Part shown: positions 48,071 through 57,765 of the stretch, piece by piece | Layout of the letters: each line of letters begins with the position of its first letter | Position numbering within the stretch: position 1 is the stretch's first letter | Source: Zwartia sp. | GTDB taxonomy: Bacteria; Pseudomonadota; Gammaproteobacteria; Burkholderiales; Burkholderiaceae_B | Length of the DNA stretch: 61,943 nt | NCBI RefSeq assembly: GCF_030653405.1 | Contig: NZ_JAURZO010000049.1 | Strand: one strand, 5' to 3' | Program-made: the position numbers and the translations under genes | Notes under the pieces: generated by a model | What the model was told of the DNA's origin: nothing | The model's database searches: none | The model's input: only the letters and a program-made list of their open reading frames with translations

Positions 48071-48596
48071 TGGTGGAATCGCTCGCTAGTCGATAGTGAT
48101 CTGGATTTTCGTAACAGTAAGCGTGATCGACGGCATTGATTAAGATCGCAGGATTGTTCAGGTAGTTTTGGACACCATGCCATACCTTAGGCGGAATCAC
48201 GAGTAGGCTTGGTCTGTGTGACCCAAGTTTGATTTCGTTGATTTTTCCAAATGTCGGCGAGTCTGTGCGGCTATCATAGAGTACGACACGCATTTGGCCT
48301 GCAACAACAAATAGACGATCAGTTGTTTCTCCATGTGCGTGCCATGCGCTTAGACCGCCAGATTGAAATGTTGAAACAAAAATTTGATCCACACGATCAT
48401 TTTTAGGATGCCATTCTGTCCTAAATACCTCATTCAAGTGCCCATAGTCCGTTAAAACAGCGTTGATCTCGCGTACAGTCACCCCATGAATTAGGCTAGG
48501 TTGCGAGGGTTTCCAATCCTTGGTAATACTTTGCTGGTCTTTCGTAGCTGCTTGTAAAAGCCATTTGGATGTGACAGACATCTTGTGATGTTCCAT
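48036..48596 (-). CDS. RmlC-like cupin (dTDP-4-dehydrorhamnose 3,5-epimerase family)
   Basis: G...EVFR, AWHAH...TDR, YDSR.DSPTFG and IPP.VWHG motifs. Confidence 0.8.
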   Translation of the reverse strand: MEHHKMSVTSKWLLQAATKDQQSITKDWKPSQPSLIHGVTVREINAVLTDYGHLNEVFRTEWHPKNDRVDQIFVSTFQSGGLSAWHAHGETTDRLFVVAGQMRVVLYDSRTDSPTFGKINEIKLGSHRPSLLVIPPKVWHGVQNYLNNPAILINAVDHAYCYENPDHYRLASDSTTIPYSFSTNRI

Positions 48597-48599
48597 AAA

Positions 48600-49538
48600 C
48601 TAGTGATCGTTGGGGAGACGAGGATTCAATCCTCGTGTGCGGCGAAGTTTTCTTAAAAAAGAGCCTTTGCTGTGGTAACGGAGCCAATATTTAGGTGATG
48701 GTGGAAAAAATCTGCACATCACCATCAGCTTCCGGATAAGTGACTTAAATAAATTTGATGCGTTATTGAGTGGTGAGAAAGCCCGCTGATACTCTGATTG
48801 ACCACACAGTCCTGAGAGAACGTCACAAATACAGTTAGGGTCTTTTAAACGTTCGACCCAAAATTTGTGCTCATGATCAAGACGTTTGCGGTATGAGTTT
48901 TTTCTGTTTCCAGACTGTATGAGTACTGCACTTACAACTGGGTCAGCAAGGAGTTGAGCGCCAGATTGATGGGCGCGGTAAAGCCATTCTTGCGAGGGCA
49001 CCGCACGAATTTCATTTGCGCGTTTCCATGGACCAATTTTTTGTATCAAATTGCGCCGCATGACCCAAAGCGAGGCAGGTACGATCATCCATGCTTGATA
49101 AGGCTGACTGAAGTCGCACAGCGCACCACATATAGCGTGAGTGTGTCCTTTTAGCCCGATTGCGAGCCCCTGTCCAAAGACTAAATCTACATCAGTTTCT
49201 TGCAGGCGCTGCACGCTGCGTTCAAGATGGTTAGGTAGCCATAAATCATCATGATTCAGGAAGGCCAGGTATTCCCCCTTGGCCATTTCTGCGCCCTGAT
49301 TATTTGGACCGCTTTGCTCACCCCAATTCTGGTCGAGGTTAATAAACCGGATGCGCGGATCGCCGATGCGCTCAATTACGCTTGCAGTGTCGTCCGTGCA
49401 GGCATCACCAATGATAAGCAACTCCCAGTCTTGGAAGTTGCCAGATCTAAGTGATTGAATAGCATACCCAATAATGTTGCTTCGGTTGTAAGTCGCCATG
49501 ACAACTGAAACCGCGGGCGTGTGTCGGGGTGGGGGCAT
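48600..49538 (-). CDS. Glycosyltransferase family 2
   Basis: VSVVMATYNR, WELLIIGDACTD and YLAFLNHDDLW motifs. Confidence 0.9.
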   Translation of the reverse strand: MPPPRHTPAVSVVMATYNRSNIIGYAIQSLRSGNFQDWELLIIGDACTDDTASVIERIGDPRIRFINLDQNWGEQSGPNNQGAEMAKGEYLAFLNHDDLWLPNHLERSVQRLQETDVDLVFGQGLAIGLKGHTHAICGALCDFSQPYQAWMIVPASLWVMRRNLIQKIGPWKRANEIRAVPSQEWLYRAHQSGAQLLADPVVSAVLIQSGNRKNSYRKRLDHEHKFWVERLKDPNCICDVLSGLCGQSEYQRAFSPLNNASNLFKSLIRKLMVMCRFFPPSPKYWLRYHSKGSFLRKLRRTRGLNPRLPNDH

Positions 49539-49737
49539 GCGATGAATGCTCGAATTGTAATAATCGTACTAGTACTAAATGATACTTCAATTGGTGCAAA
49601 TGAATTTGCAATTACATTTAGAAAGAGGGTCTCGACAGCACGTTATATTCTCGCGGTAACCCAATGTTCAAAACCTTATCGCAGTGTTAAAGGCGAAAGT
49701 TTTGAAAATGGCGGTATCCGCACATTAAATGAGTGAG

Positions 49738-51105
49738 CTAGTAATGATCACTCCTGCCAGATAGCGCCACACCAATTCGGAGAAGTAAGTAACACAGCCC
49801 ATCTGCGATACGTCCTAGAAAAGGCCGATTGCCATAGAGTGTGAGCTCAATAATCCTGCTTCCTCGTATCATCGCGTTTTCAAGTGACTGGCGAAGCTGC
49901 ATCGTAAAGCCGGCATCATCGATCAGCACATTCGCCTCTCGCGCAAGAAGTAGGCTAAAGGGGTCGAGATTAGACGAGCCCACAAAAGAGACCCCATCGA
50001 TGACTGCAACCTTTGCGTGGAGAAAGCTGGGTAAATATTCATAGATCTCGATGCCCTCGCGCAGGAACAAGTCATAGATCCAGCGTGTGGCGTGGTATTG
50101 CATTTGATACTCGATTTTGCCTTGTAAAAGAAGGCGAACCTTAACGCCACGATTCGCTGCATCGATCAACGCGCGACGCAGCTTTCCGCCCGGCAGAAAA
50201 TATGCGTTGGCGATGATAATTTCATTTTTTGCAGCAGAAATATGAAACAAATAGGATGTTTCAATTGTGCGTCGATAGCGCAAGTTGTCGCGCAAGATCA
50301 CTGCGGCGCGCATATTGGCGGGCTTATTGGAGGCGTTTAAAGAAGATGGGTTAGCTGCCGTATTAGTGCGCGTGTTTGAAGCAGCGCTAAATGAAGCGTT
50401 TGATGAAGTCCTGTTTCTTTTAAAGTATCGCAGTCTTGTACGTAGATGTTTGAGGTGACGCTGCCCCCAGCTTCGTACATTCTTTTGTGATCTATGGCTT
50501 GAGCTGTTGTCGGAAGAGGACACGCCATTTTTACCATTCCCGTACTTGCGCGTGCGTAGCCACAGCAGGTCCATCGCCTCCACCAGATCCAGTACGATCG
50601 GACCCGTCACACGCACTGCATAGTCATAGCGAGCATCCGTCGCGCGAACGTCGGGATCTGCTGTGGAGTAGTCATCCTCAAAATTGATACCACCAACAAA
50701 CCCTACCATCCCGTCGACCACCACAATCTTTCGATGGAGTCTGCGCAGACGCATGAAATCAAAAGACTTCAAGGTGAAGTGTTTTGGCTCGGGTCGATAA
50801 ATCCTGCATTGTGCGCCCGCTTCGCGAAGAGTGCGTGCGATGGTCTCATCCTCGGCTGCGCTGCCATAGCCGTCAATGACCAGCCTGACTTTGAGGCCGC
50901 GTTTGGCTGCTAGTATCAGATGATGGAGAATTTGCCTGCCTGCGATATCGAGTCGAAAAATGTACATTTCGACATGGATACTCGTTGTGGCGGCATCAAA
51001 GGCGGCACACAGCGCGGGGAAGAGTTGCACGCCGTTTTCTAAAAGAGAAACAGCATTATCAGTTTTCCAGCGTATATGAGGGTGCGCGAGCTGCATGACA
51101 GGCAA
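49738..51105 (-). CDS. clsB: Cardiolipin synthase B (PLD family)
   Basis: Two HKD motifs (LHRKIVVVDG, LHAKVAVIDG), NAYFLPG and VGSSNLDPFSL; no N-terminal TM helices. Confidence 0.88.
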   Translation of the reverse strand: MPVMQLAHPHIRWKTDNAVSLLENGVQLFPALCAAFDAATTSIHVEMYIFRLDIAGRQILHHLILAAKRGLKVRLVIDGYGSAAEDETIARTLREAGAQCRIYRPEPKHFTLKSFDFMRLRRLHRKIVVVDGMVGFVGGINFEDDYSTADPDVRATDARYDYAVRVTGPIVLDLVEAMDLLWLRTRKYGNGKNGVSSSDNSSSHRSQKNVRSWGQRHLKHLRTRLRYFKRNRTSSNASFSAASNTRTNTAANPSSLNASNKPANMRAAVILRDNLRYRRTIETSYLFHISAAKNEIIIANAYFLPGGKLRRALIDAANRGVKVRLLLQGKIEYQMQYHATRWIYDLFLREGIEIYEYLPSFLHAKVAVIDGVSFVGSSNLDPFSLLLAREANVLIDDAGFTMQLRQSLENAMIRGSRIIELTLYGNRPFLGRIADGLCYLLLRIGVALSGRSDHY

Positions 51106-51245
51106 AAGCTTTCCTTTTATTAATAATGCCTTTCAGTCTGAGCCAATATTCCCTCAGCTTCAACACCTACGCACAAGAACGTACGTAAACACCACAATAC
51201 AAGAATTGCAACGGAATGTTGCTAACCTATTGACACTTAGAGCAC

Positions 51246-52121
51246 TTATGCTTTCTTACGCCCGCCTACAAACCCGGTTGCCAAGGCCGTCCCCAGCAAT
51301 ATCACACCGCCACCCAACACAATCCGCAGAGTGATGCTTTCATCCAAAAACAGCCAGCCCCATAGCACGCCAAACACCGGGATTAAAAATGTCACGGTCA
51401 TGGCACGCGGTGGTCCCACACGGATTAACAGTCGGTAGTACAGCACATAAGCAATCGCAGTACAGAGCAAGCCAAGCCCCACCAAAGCCGCCCAGGCACT
51501 CCCTGAGATCGGCTCAGTGGGCCACGTGTAGAGTGTGAAGGGCAGTAAAACAACCCCTGCCGCGATCAACGAACCCGCGGCCGTCGCGATCGGATCCGCA
51601 TCCATCAGATATTTCTTGGTGTAGCTAGCCGCAATTCCATAAAAAATCGGTGCGGCGACTCCCGCAATTACGGCGTAGGTCGAGGCTGTGTCGTTAAAGG
51701 AGAGCTTGTCCCAGACCAACACCAGGATCCCGGCAAAGCCCACCATCAGTCCGAGCATGCGCAGCGGTGGGAGGGTGTCTTTGAGCCAGACCCAGGCGAT
51801 CGCAGCGCCCCAGAGCGGTGTTAGCGCGTTGATGATGGACATCGTGCCCGCTGGCAACGTCATCGTGGCGAAGTTAAAAAAGATAAACGGCAGTGCCGAG
51901 TTAAAAATACCTACGATGATGATTGATCGCCAATAGGTGCGGATCATGGCGATCTTATTGCGCCACAGCAGCAGCGGCACTAAGGCTACACCCGCAATCA
52001 GCGTGCGCATCCCCGAGAGTGCGATCGGCCCAAAGTCACCGACCGCGAGTCGGATAAACAGAAAAGAGCTTCCCCAGATTGCAGCGAGCAACAACAAAAC
52101 GTACACATCTATACGGCGCAT
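51246..52121 (-). CDS. DMT/EamA family transporter
   Basis: IWGSSFLFI, about 10 TM helices, and CTAIAY.LYYRL...GP..A..VTFLIP. Confidence 0.9.
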   Translation of the reverse strand: MRRIDVYVLLLLAAIWGSSFLFIRLAVGDFGPIALSGMRTLIAGVALVPLLLWRNKIAMIRTYWRSIIIVGIFNSALPFIFFNFATMTLPAGTMSIINALTPLWGAAIAWVWLKDTLPPLRMLGLMVGFAGILVLVWDKLSFNDTASTYAVIAGVAAPIFYGIAASYTKKYLMDADPIATAAGSLIAAGVVLLPFTLYTWPTEPISGSAWAALVGLGLLCTAIAYVLYYRLLIRVGPPRAMTVTFLIPVFGVLWGWLFLDESITLRIVLGGGVILLGTALATGFVGGRKKA

Positions 52122-52185
52122 GGGGTGTGTGAGGATCTTTGGGTTAAAACGAATAAGTCACTATAAACTAGTAGTGATTCAGTGA

Positions 52186-53190
52186 ATGCCGATAACATAT
52201 AGCAACCCTATGCCAAACACAGACCGCCAAACACCCTCGCTGGTTCCGACAACAACGTCCTATGACATCATCATCGTGATGCCCGTCTACGAGGACCGAG
52301 AGGCCTCTGGTCAGTTGTTTCGCGAGTTATACGCACAATACGGCGCTTCCGTATTTGTTGTCGCCGTCGATGATGGATCACTCAAGCAACCCATCAATGC
52401 CGAGTCTTTAGATGAGATTGGTTTGCCGGGGGCGGTTATCCATTTACGCAGAAATGTTGGACATCAGCGAGCGATTGCGATCGGACTGCATTATGTTGCA
52501 GAAAATTTTCCGAATGCACCTCGCACAGTCGTGATGGACTCTGACGGCGAGGACATGCCCGCTACGATTCCGCAGTTGATCGCGCCACTCGAATCAGAGG
52601 AGGTGGATGTCGTTGTTGCGCAGCGTAAGAGCCGTATGGAAACGGTGCACTTCAAGTTGTTTTATCTGGTGTACAAATTTATCTTTCGTTTGCTCACCGG
52701 TCGGAAAATCAATTTTGGTAATTTTGTCGCACTCAAGCCCGCGGCAGTTCGGCGCCTCACCTCGATGCAAGAACTGTGGACCCATCTAGCAGGTTGCGTG
52801 TTGTTGTCCAAGCTTCGTACCCACGCGGAGCCGATCGATCGCGGTCGGCGCTATGCGGGCAAAAGCAAGATGAATTTCACCGGACTGGCGCTGCACGGTT
52901 TTCGTGCGGTCATGATCTTTGCCGAGGATGTATTGGTGAGAGTGGGAATTGTGTGCTCAATGGTGGCGGCGCTTTCAATCGTTGCGGGTCTCATAGCAGT
53001 CGCATTGAAAATTATTGGCTTTGCGACACCAGGATGGTTCTCTGTGACGCTTGGAATTCTGTTGATTGTTTTTTTACAGACCGGAGCGCTGACGCTTGTG
53101 GCACTGATGCTCAGCGGTGTCGTGCGCGGTACGTCCGAGTCGCCGCAGCAGTACCGACAGTATATTGATCGGATTAGTTACACGAAGTGA
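52186..53190 (+). CDS. Polyprenol-phosphate glycosyltransferase (GT2, GtrB/ArnC-like)
   Basis: VMPVY, VDDGS, RNVGHQRAI, MDSDGED, R.RRYAG.SKM and two C-terminal TM helices with PGW.S. Confidence 0.85.
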   Translation: MPITYSNPMPNTDRQTPSLVPTTTSYDIIIVMPVYEDREASGQLFRELYAQYGASVFVVAVDDGSLKQPINAESLDEIGLPGAVIHLRRNVGHQRAIAIGLHYVAENFPNAPRTVVMDSDGEDMPATIPQLIAPLESEEVDVVVAQRKSRMETVHFKLFYLVYKFIFRLLTGRKINFGNFVALKPAAVRRLTSMQELWTHLAGCVLLSKLRTHAEPIDRGRRYAGKSKMNFTGLALHGFRAVMIFAEDVLVRVGIVCSMVAALSIVAGLIAVALKIIGFATPGWFSVTLGILLIVFLQTGALTLVALMLSGVVRGTSESPQQYRQYIDRISYTK

Positions 53191-53200
53191 ATCACACAGA

Positions 53201-53797
53201 ATGAAATATCTAAAACTATCCGTACTCATCCTGGTGTTTGTCATCGCCCTTGCGGTGATTTACGTCATACACAGTTGGTATTTCAACGTTGACGTGGTGT
53301 TTTACAGTGCTATTGCGGATGGTGTGCTCGCTGCAGTGGTCACCCTAATCGTAGCTTTAACCTTCAAATGGTTCGAGAGCTTTAGCGGTTTTGAAAAACT
53401 ACAGACCTTTGTGATCTGTTTGCTATTGGGCTATGGGATTGCGATTTCAGTCCCGACCGTGGTTGATCGCTCTTTGTCGATGTACATCCTGGAAAAATTG
53501 CAGCAACGCGGTGGAGGGATACAGCTTGCGGCTTTTGATACCGTGTTTAAAGATGAATACGTCAAAGAGCATCGGCTCGTCGATATTCGTTTAACAGAGC
53601 AATTGCAGTCGGGGACCATCGTGATCGAAGACGGTTGCGTCAAGCTGACCGACTGGGGGCGCGTGGTCGCTCAAAGTACGACTTGGTTTCGGCAAAACCT
53701 ATTACCAAAAAACCGTTTAATTGGTGAGGGTTATAGCAGCGATCTCACGATGCCATTGCGAAGTGGCGTTGAGCGTCAGGATTATTTGTGTCGGTAA
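53201..53797 (+). CDS. Hypothetical membrane protein (3 TM helices plus soluble C-terminal domain)
   Basis: ATG 10 nt after the GT2 stop; three hydrophobic segments followed by P...DRSLS, RL.EQ..SG and LT..G motifs. Confidence 0.75.
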   Translation: MKYLKLSVLILVFVIALAVIYVIHSWYFNVDVVFYSAIADGVLAAVVTLIVALTFKWFESFSGFEKLQTFVICLLLGYGIAISVPTVVDRSLSMYILEKLQQRGGGIQLAAFDTVFKDEYVKEHRLVDIRLTEQLQSGTIVIEDGCVKLTDWGRVVAQSTTWFRQNLLPKNRLIGEGYSSDLTMPLRSGVERQDYLCR

Positions 53798-53833
53798 AAG
53801 GCGCCATTAATCAACGTCACTTAATGCTTAAGA

Positions 53834-54772
53834 TCATGTTGTAGTGCTTTTGAAATATTCGATTGTCCTTCCTAGCCCTGTTGCAAGATCAATCGTGGGT
53901 GTCCAGCCTAGCAGATCTTTCGCTTTGGAAATATCGGGGCAGCGTTGTTGGGGATCGTCCTGTGGCAAAGGCAGAAAGCTGAGCTTGCTCTTAGATTCAG
54001 TCAGCCGCAGCACCTGCGTCGCAAGCTCAAGCATCGTGAACTCGCCAGGATTGCCAAGATTGACGGGACCTAGCACCTCTGGAGCAGAACCCATCAGGCG
54101 GATAAAGCCCTCTACCAAGTCATCGACATAACAAAAGCTGCGCGTCTGTGACCCATCGCCATAGATGGTGAGATCTTCGCCGCGCAGTGCTTGAACAATA
54201 AAGTTACTCACGACACGGCCATCGTTTGAGGCCATGCGCGGTCCGTAGGTATTAAAAATACGTACGACCTTGATCGGTACACCATACTGGCGGTGGTAAT
54301 CAAAAAATAACGTTTCTGCCGCGCGTTTGCCTTCGTCGTAGCAGGCGCGCGGACCAATTGTGTTGACGTTGCCAAGATACGTTTCGGATTGAGGGTGAAC
54401 GAGCGGGTCACCGTAGACCTCAGAGGTGGAGGCCTGAAAAATCTTCGCGCCTGTTTTGCGCGCAAGATCCAACATGTTGATCGCACCTACTACACTCGTT
54501 CTGATCGTGTGAACGGGATCATGCTGATAGTGTACAGGCGAGGCAGGGCAAGCCAGATTATAGATTTCATCGACGTGCTCAAGTGATAGCGGCGTCGTGA
54601 CATCCTGTTCAATCAACGAAAAATTCGTCTGCGTTTTCAGATGATTCAAATTGCTGCGTTGCGCAGTCAGGAAACTGTCAAGACAGATCACATGATGGCC
54701 TTGGGCCAGGAGTCGGTCACAGAGATGACTGCCTAAAAATCCCGCACCGCCGGTCACTAAAATCGTTTTCAT
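53834..54772 (-). CDS. uxs: UDP-glucuronate decarboxylase (UDP-xylose synthase)
   Basis: [50 protein letters not shown] and DDPQQR motifs. Confidence 0.88.
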   Translation of the reverse strand: MKTILVTGGAGFLGSHLCDRLLAQGHHVICLDSFLTAQRSNLNHLKTQTNFSLIEQDVTTPLSLEHVDEIYNLACPASPVHYQHDPVHTIRTSVVGAINMLDLARKTGAKIFQASTSEVYGDPLVHPQSETYLGNVNTIGPRACYDEGKRAAETLFFDYHRQYGVPIKVVRIFNTYGPRMASNDGRVVSNFIVQALRGEDLTIYGDGSQTRSFCYVDDLVEGFIRLMGSAPEVLGPVNLGNPGEFTMLELATQVLRLTESKSKLSFLPLPQDDPQQRCPDISKAKDLLGWTPTIDLATGLGRTIEYFKSTTT

Positions 54773-54830
54773 ATGATTGCTAATTTCTTTAAATTTAATG
54801 GCATTGCGCGTGATTGTATCGGCTTTAAGC

Positions 54831-56225
54831 TTAGCGACGACCAATGCCCGCATACGTGAATCCCGCAGCTTTGAACGCCTCTGGTTGAAGCGCATTACGG
54901 CCGTCTAGTACCAGTCGGCCTTGCATCACGGCTTGAATTTTAGTTGGCAAGATCTCCCGGTATTCGAGCCATTCGGTCACGAGCACCAGAGCTTCGGCGT
55001 TGCGTGCAGCCTCAAGTGCATCATCTTGAATCACAAGACTGCCGCTACGAATTAGATCAGCGAATACTTGTTGAGCGACCTCTCCTGCCACGGGGTCGTG
55101 CGCGCTCACTTTTGCACCAGCAAGGCACAAATCGCGGATCAGATTGACCGAAGACGCCTCGCGCATATCGTCTGTGCCTGGTTTGAAGGCCAGCCCCCAC
55201 ACCGCAATGTTGCGCCCGTACAGATTTTTTCCCATTCGCGCCATCAGCAACTCATACAGGTAGTGTTTCTGTTTTTTGTTACGCGACTCGATGCCTTGAA
55301 GCATGAGTGGCTCGACACCGACACTTTGCGCTATCCGTATCAGTGCTTGCACATCCTTTGGAAAGCATGAGCCGCCATAGCCCGCACCCGCGTTTAAAAA
55401 TGCCGGTCCGATTCTGGAGTCGGATCCAACGCCGCGTTTGACGGCTTCGACATCGATCTCAAAACGATCACACAGCGTTGCCATCTCGTTCATGAACGAG
55501 ATGCGGGCGGCCAGCATGCCGTTGGAGGCGTACTTGATCAACTCTGCTTCTTTGATGCCAACGCATAGCAGCTGACTTTCACTTTTTACAAAGGGTCGAT
55601 AAAGCGAGAGTAATTGCTCACGCGTTTTGTCGCTAGAGGTACCAAGCACCACGCGGTCAGGATTGAAAAAATCCTCCAGCGCGGCGCCTTCCTTTAGAAA
55701 CTCAGGGTTGCTTGCGACATCGAACTCGATGAACAGTTTGCGTTGAAATAACTGCCAGGCGATTTGGCCTTTGACCAGATCGCCTGTGCCTACTGGAACC
55801 GTTGATTTGTTGATGATGACGGCTGGGCAATTGAGTTCTTGGCCGATCTCTGAGGCGGCCGCGAGCACATAGCGTAGATCCGCTGACCCGTCTTCGCCTT
55901 GCGGCGTGCCGACGGCGATAAAGATCAAAAGGGGGTCTTGGTTAGCGCTTGTAGCAGAGGAATTGGATATTGGATGTTCCGGATCGGGTTGGCCGATCGT
56001 GGCAAGTCCTGCCCGGATATTTTCTGCAAAGGAAAGCGTTTGATCAGCGACAGCAGAGGTCAGGCGTTCTTTGAGTCCAGGCTCATAGATCGGGATCTCT
56101 CCTGCGCGAAGCATATTGATTTTGCGTATGTCGGTATCGACACAGACAACGCGATTTGTTGCGCTGGCCAAACACGTTGCAGTCACCAGACCAACGTAGC
56201 CCGCACCAATGACTAAAATATTCAC
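54831..56225 (-). CDS. ugd: UDP-glucose 6-dehydrogenase
   Basis: [37 protein letters not shown] and AFKP.TDD.R motifs. Confidence 0.93.
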   Translation of the reverse strand: MNILVIGAGYVGLVTATCLASATNRVVCVDTDIRKINMLRAGEIPIYEPGLKERLTSAVADQTLSFAENIRAGLATIGQPDPEHPISNSSATSANQDPLLIFIAVGTPQGEDGSADLRYVLAAASEIGQELNCPAVIINKSTVPVGTGDLVKGQIAWQLFQRKLFIEFDVASNPEFLKEGAALEDFFNPDRVVLGTSSDKTREQLLSLYRPFVKSESQLLCVGIKEAELIKYASNGMLAARISFMNEMATLCDRFEIDVEAVKRGVGSDSRIGPAFLNAGAGYGGSCFPKDVQALIRIAQSVGVEPLMLQGIESRNKKQKHYLYELLMARMGKNLYGRNIAVWGLAFKPGTDDMREASSVNLIRDLCLAGAKVSAHDPVAGEVAQQVFADLIRSGSLVIQDDALEAARNAEALVLVTEWLEYREILPTKIQAVMQGRLVLDGRNALQPEAFKAAGFTYAGIGRR

Positions 56226-56244
56226 GCAATTATTCCGATTTAAG

Positions 56245-57639
56245 TTATTGACTGAAGTTTCTCATATGGATGCGTGAGCAGATCCAGGCGATGGCAAATG
56301 ACATCACGACACACAATACCAGTCCAAGCTTGACGCCGATCGTAATCGAAATCCGTGCGACAAGAATCCCCACAAGCGCGGTACCAAAGGCGCTGCCCAG
56401 GGCCCGGGTGGTTTGTATGATGGCGGAGGCGACACCAACATCCCGCTGTTCGGCCAGCATTTGCATGAAAAGCGTGAAATTAGGCAGCATAAAGCCCAGA
56501 CCGAAACCGCATAGAGACAAGCTGAGCAGGATCCACCAGCCCGGACTCTCCGCAGAAAACGTCAACGTCAACAGGCAACCAAGCCCTAGCACGAGACTGC
56601 CAAACACCATCAGTCGACCCGGTTCGTTTTGTTTGGGAAACATCCTGCCATTGAAAATACTGCCGATGGAGGTGCCCGCGACGAGGGGTGTCATCAAAAG
56701 ACCTGCATGTGAAGGGCTGTAGCCAAACACGTCCTGTAGTAGAAGCGGGATGTAGAAGATCAGGATAAACATCACTGCACCGGACAATAATCCAGCCATG
56801 TTGAGTCGTCGCGACTCAATGGTTGCGAGCACACGCAGGGGAAATATGGGGGTTGTGGCGCGTCTTTCTACTGGGATCAGCAGTAAGGCCGAGGCAATGC
56901 CCGCCGCAATCATGCCAAGTCCCCAGAGGCGGTAGGAAGACTCACCTTGCGCAGTTAATATTTCAACGCCCGCAAGCGGAGCACCGACTGCGATTGTCAG
57001 TAAAACTGAGCCCAGCCAATCCAGTCTGACTCGCGCGGTCCGTAGGGGTTTGATCCAGGGAAAATACAGCCAGGTTGTCACGATGCCAATCAGGGCGGCG
57101 ATTGGCGTGACAAAAAATGCTGCTCGCCAGCCTAGTTCTTGAGTGATGGCGCCACCCAAAATTGGACCGATCCCGCTCGCCGCGGCGAAGGTGACTGAGG
57201 TGATGAGCATCCAGCGTACTCGACGACGCGGATCCGGGAACAAGTCAGCAGGCGCCGCAAAGGTGGTCGCGATCATCATCCCGCCTCCTAACCCTTGAAG
57301 CACCCGAAAGACAATCAACTGCTCCATGGACTGTGATAACCCCCCGAGTACCGAGCCTAAGACGACTAAGCCCATCGAAATGATCATCAGGGGCTTACGA
57401 CCGTAAAGATCCCCTAACCGACCAAAAATCAAAATCGCGATGGCGGAGGCCAGAAAGTATCCAGTACCTACCCAAGCATAGAGCTCCATACCGCCAAGAG
57501 CCTGTACGACTTGCGGTAAAGAGGTGCTGACAATCGTTGCATCGAAAGCCACCACCACGGCTGAGGCCGCAATACCGGTCATCGCCAGGAAAAGTTCCTT
57601 GCGTGAGGAGTCATTAGGCGCAGGGGGCGGGAGCTGCAT
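56245..57639 (-). CDS. MFS drug:H+ antiporter (DHA2-like)
   Basis: D.TIV...LP, GRLGDLYGRK, FRVLQGLGGG and GPILGG motifs; 13-14 TM helices. Confidence 0.88.
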   Translation of the reverse strand: MQLPPPAPNDSSRKELFLAMTGIAASAVVVAFDATIVSTSLPQVVQALGGMELYAWVGTGYFLASAIAILIFGRLGDLYGRKPLMIISMGLVVLGSVLGGLSQSMEQLIVFRVLQGLGGGMMIATTFAAPADLFPDPRRRVRWMLITSVTFAAASGIGPILGGAITQELGWRAAFFVTPIAALIGIVTTWLYFPWIKPLRTARVRLDWLGSVLLTIAVGAPLAGVEILTAQGESSYRLWGLGMIAAGIASALLLIPVERRATTPIFPLRVLATIESRRLNMAGLLSGAVMFILIFYIPLLLQDVFGYSPSHAGLLMTPLVAGTSIGSIFNGRMFPKQNEPGRLMVFGSLVLGLGCLLTLTFSAESPGWWILLSLSLCGFGLGFMLPNFTLFMQMLAEQRDVGVASAIIQTTRALGSAFGTALVGILVARISITIGVKLGLVLCVVMSFAIAWICSRIHMRNFSQ

Positions 57640-57765
57640 TGGGTCAGTGGGTTTAGCTGTCAGGGTAAGATGTAAAAAAGGACGAAAGATCTAGGGTTAA
57701 TACCTATAATCAGAGCATAGCATTGAGTGCTCGTGAAATGCCCCGAACAGGAAGAGAAAGATCGG

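Noticed and set aside
49521..49736. 71-aa plus-strand ORF in the GT2-clsB spacer
   Set aside because: No RBS or motif; overlaps the probable GT2 promoter.
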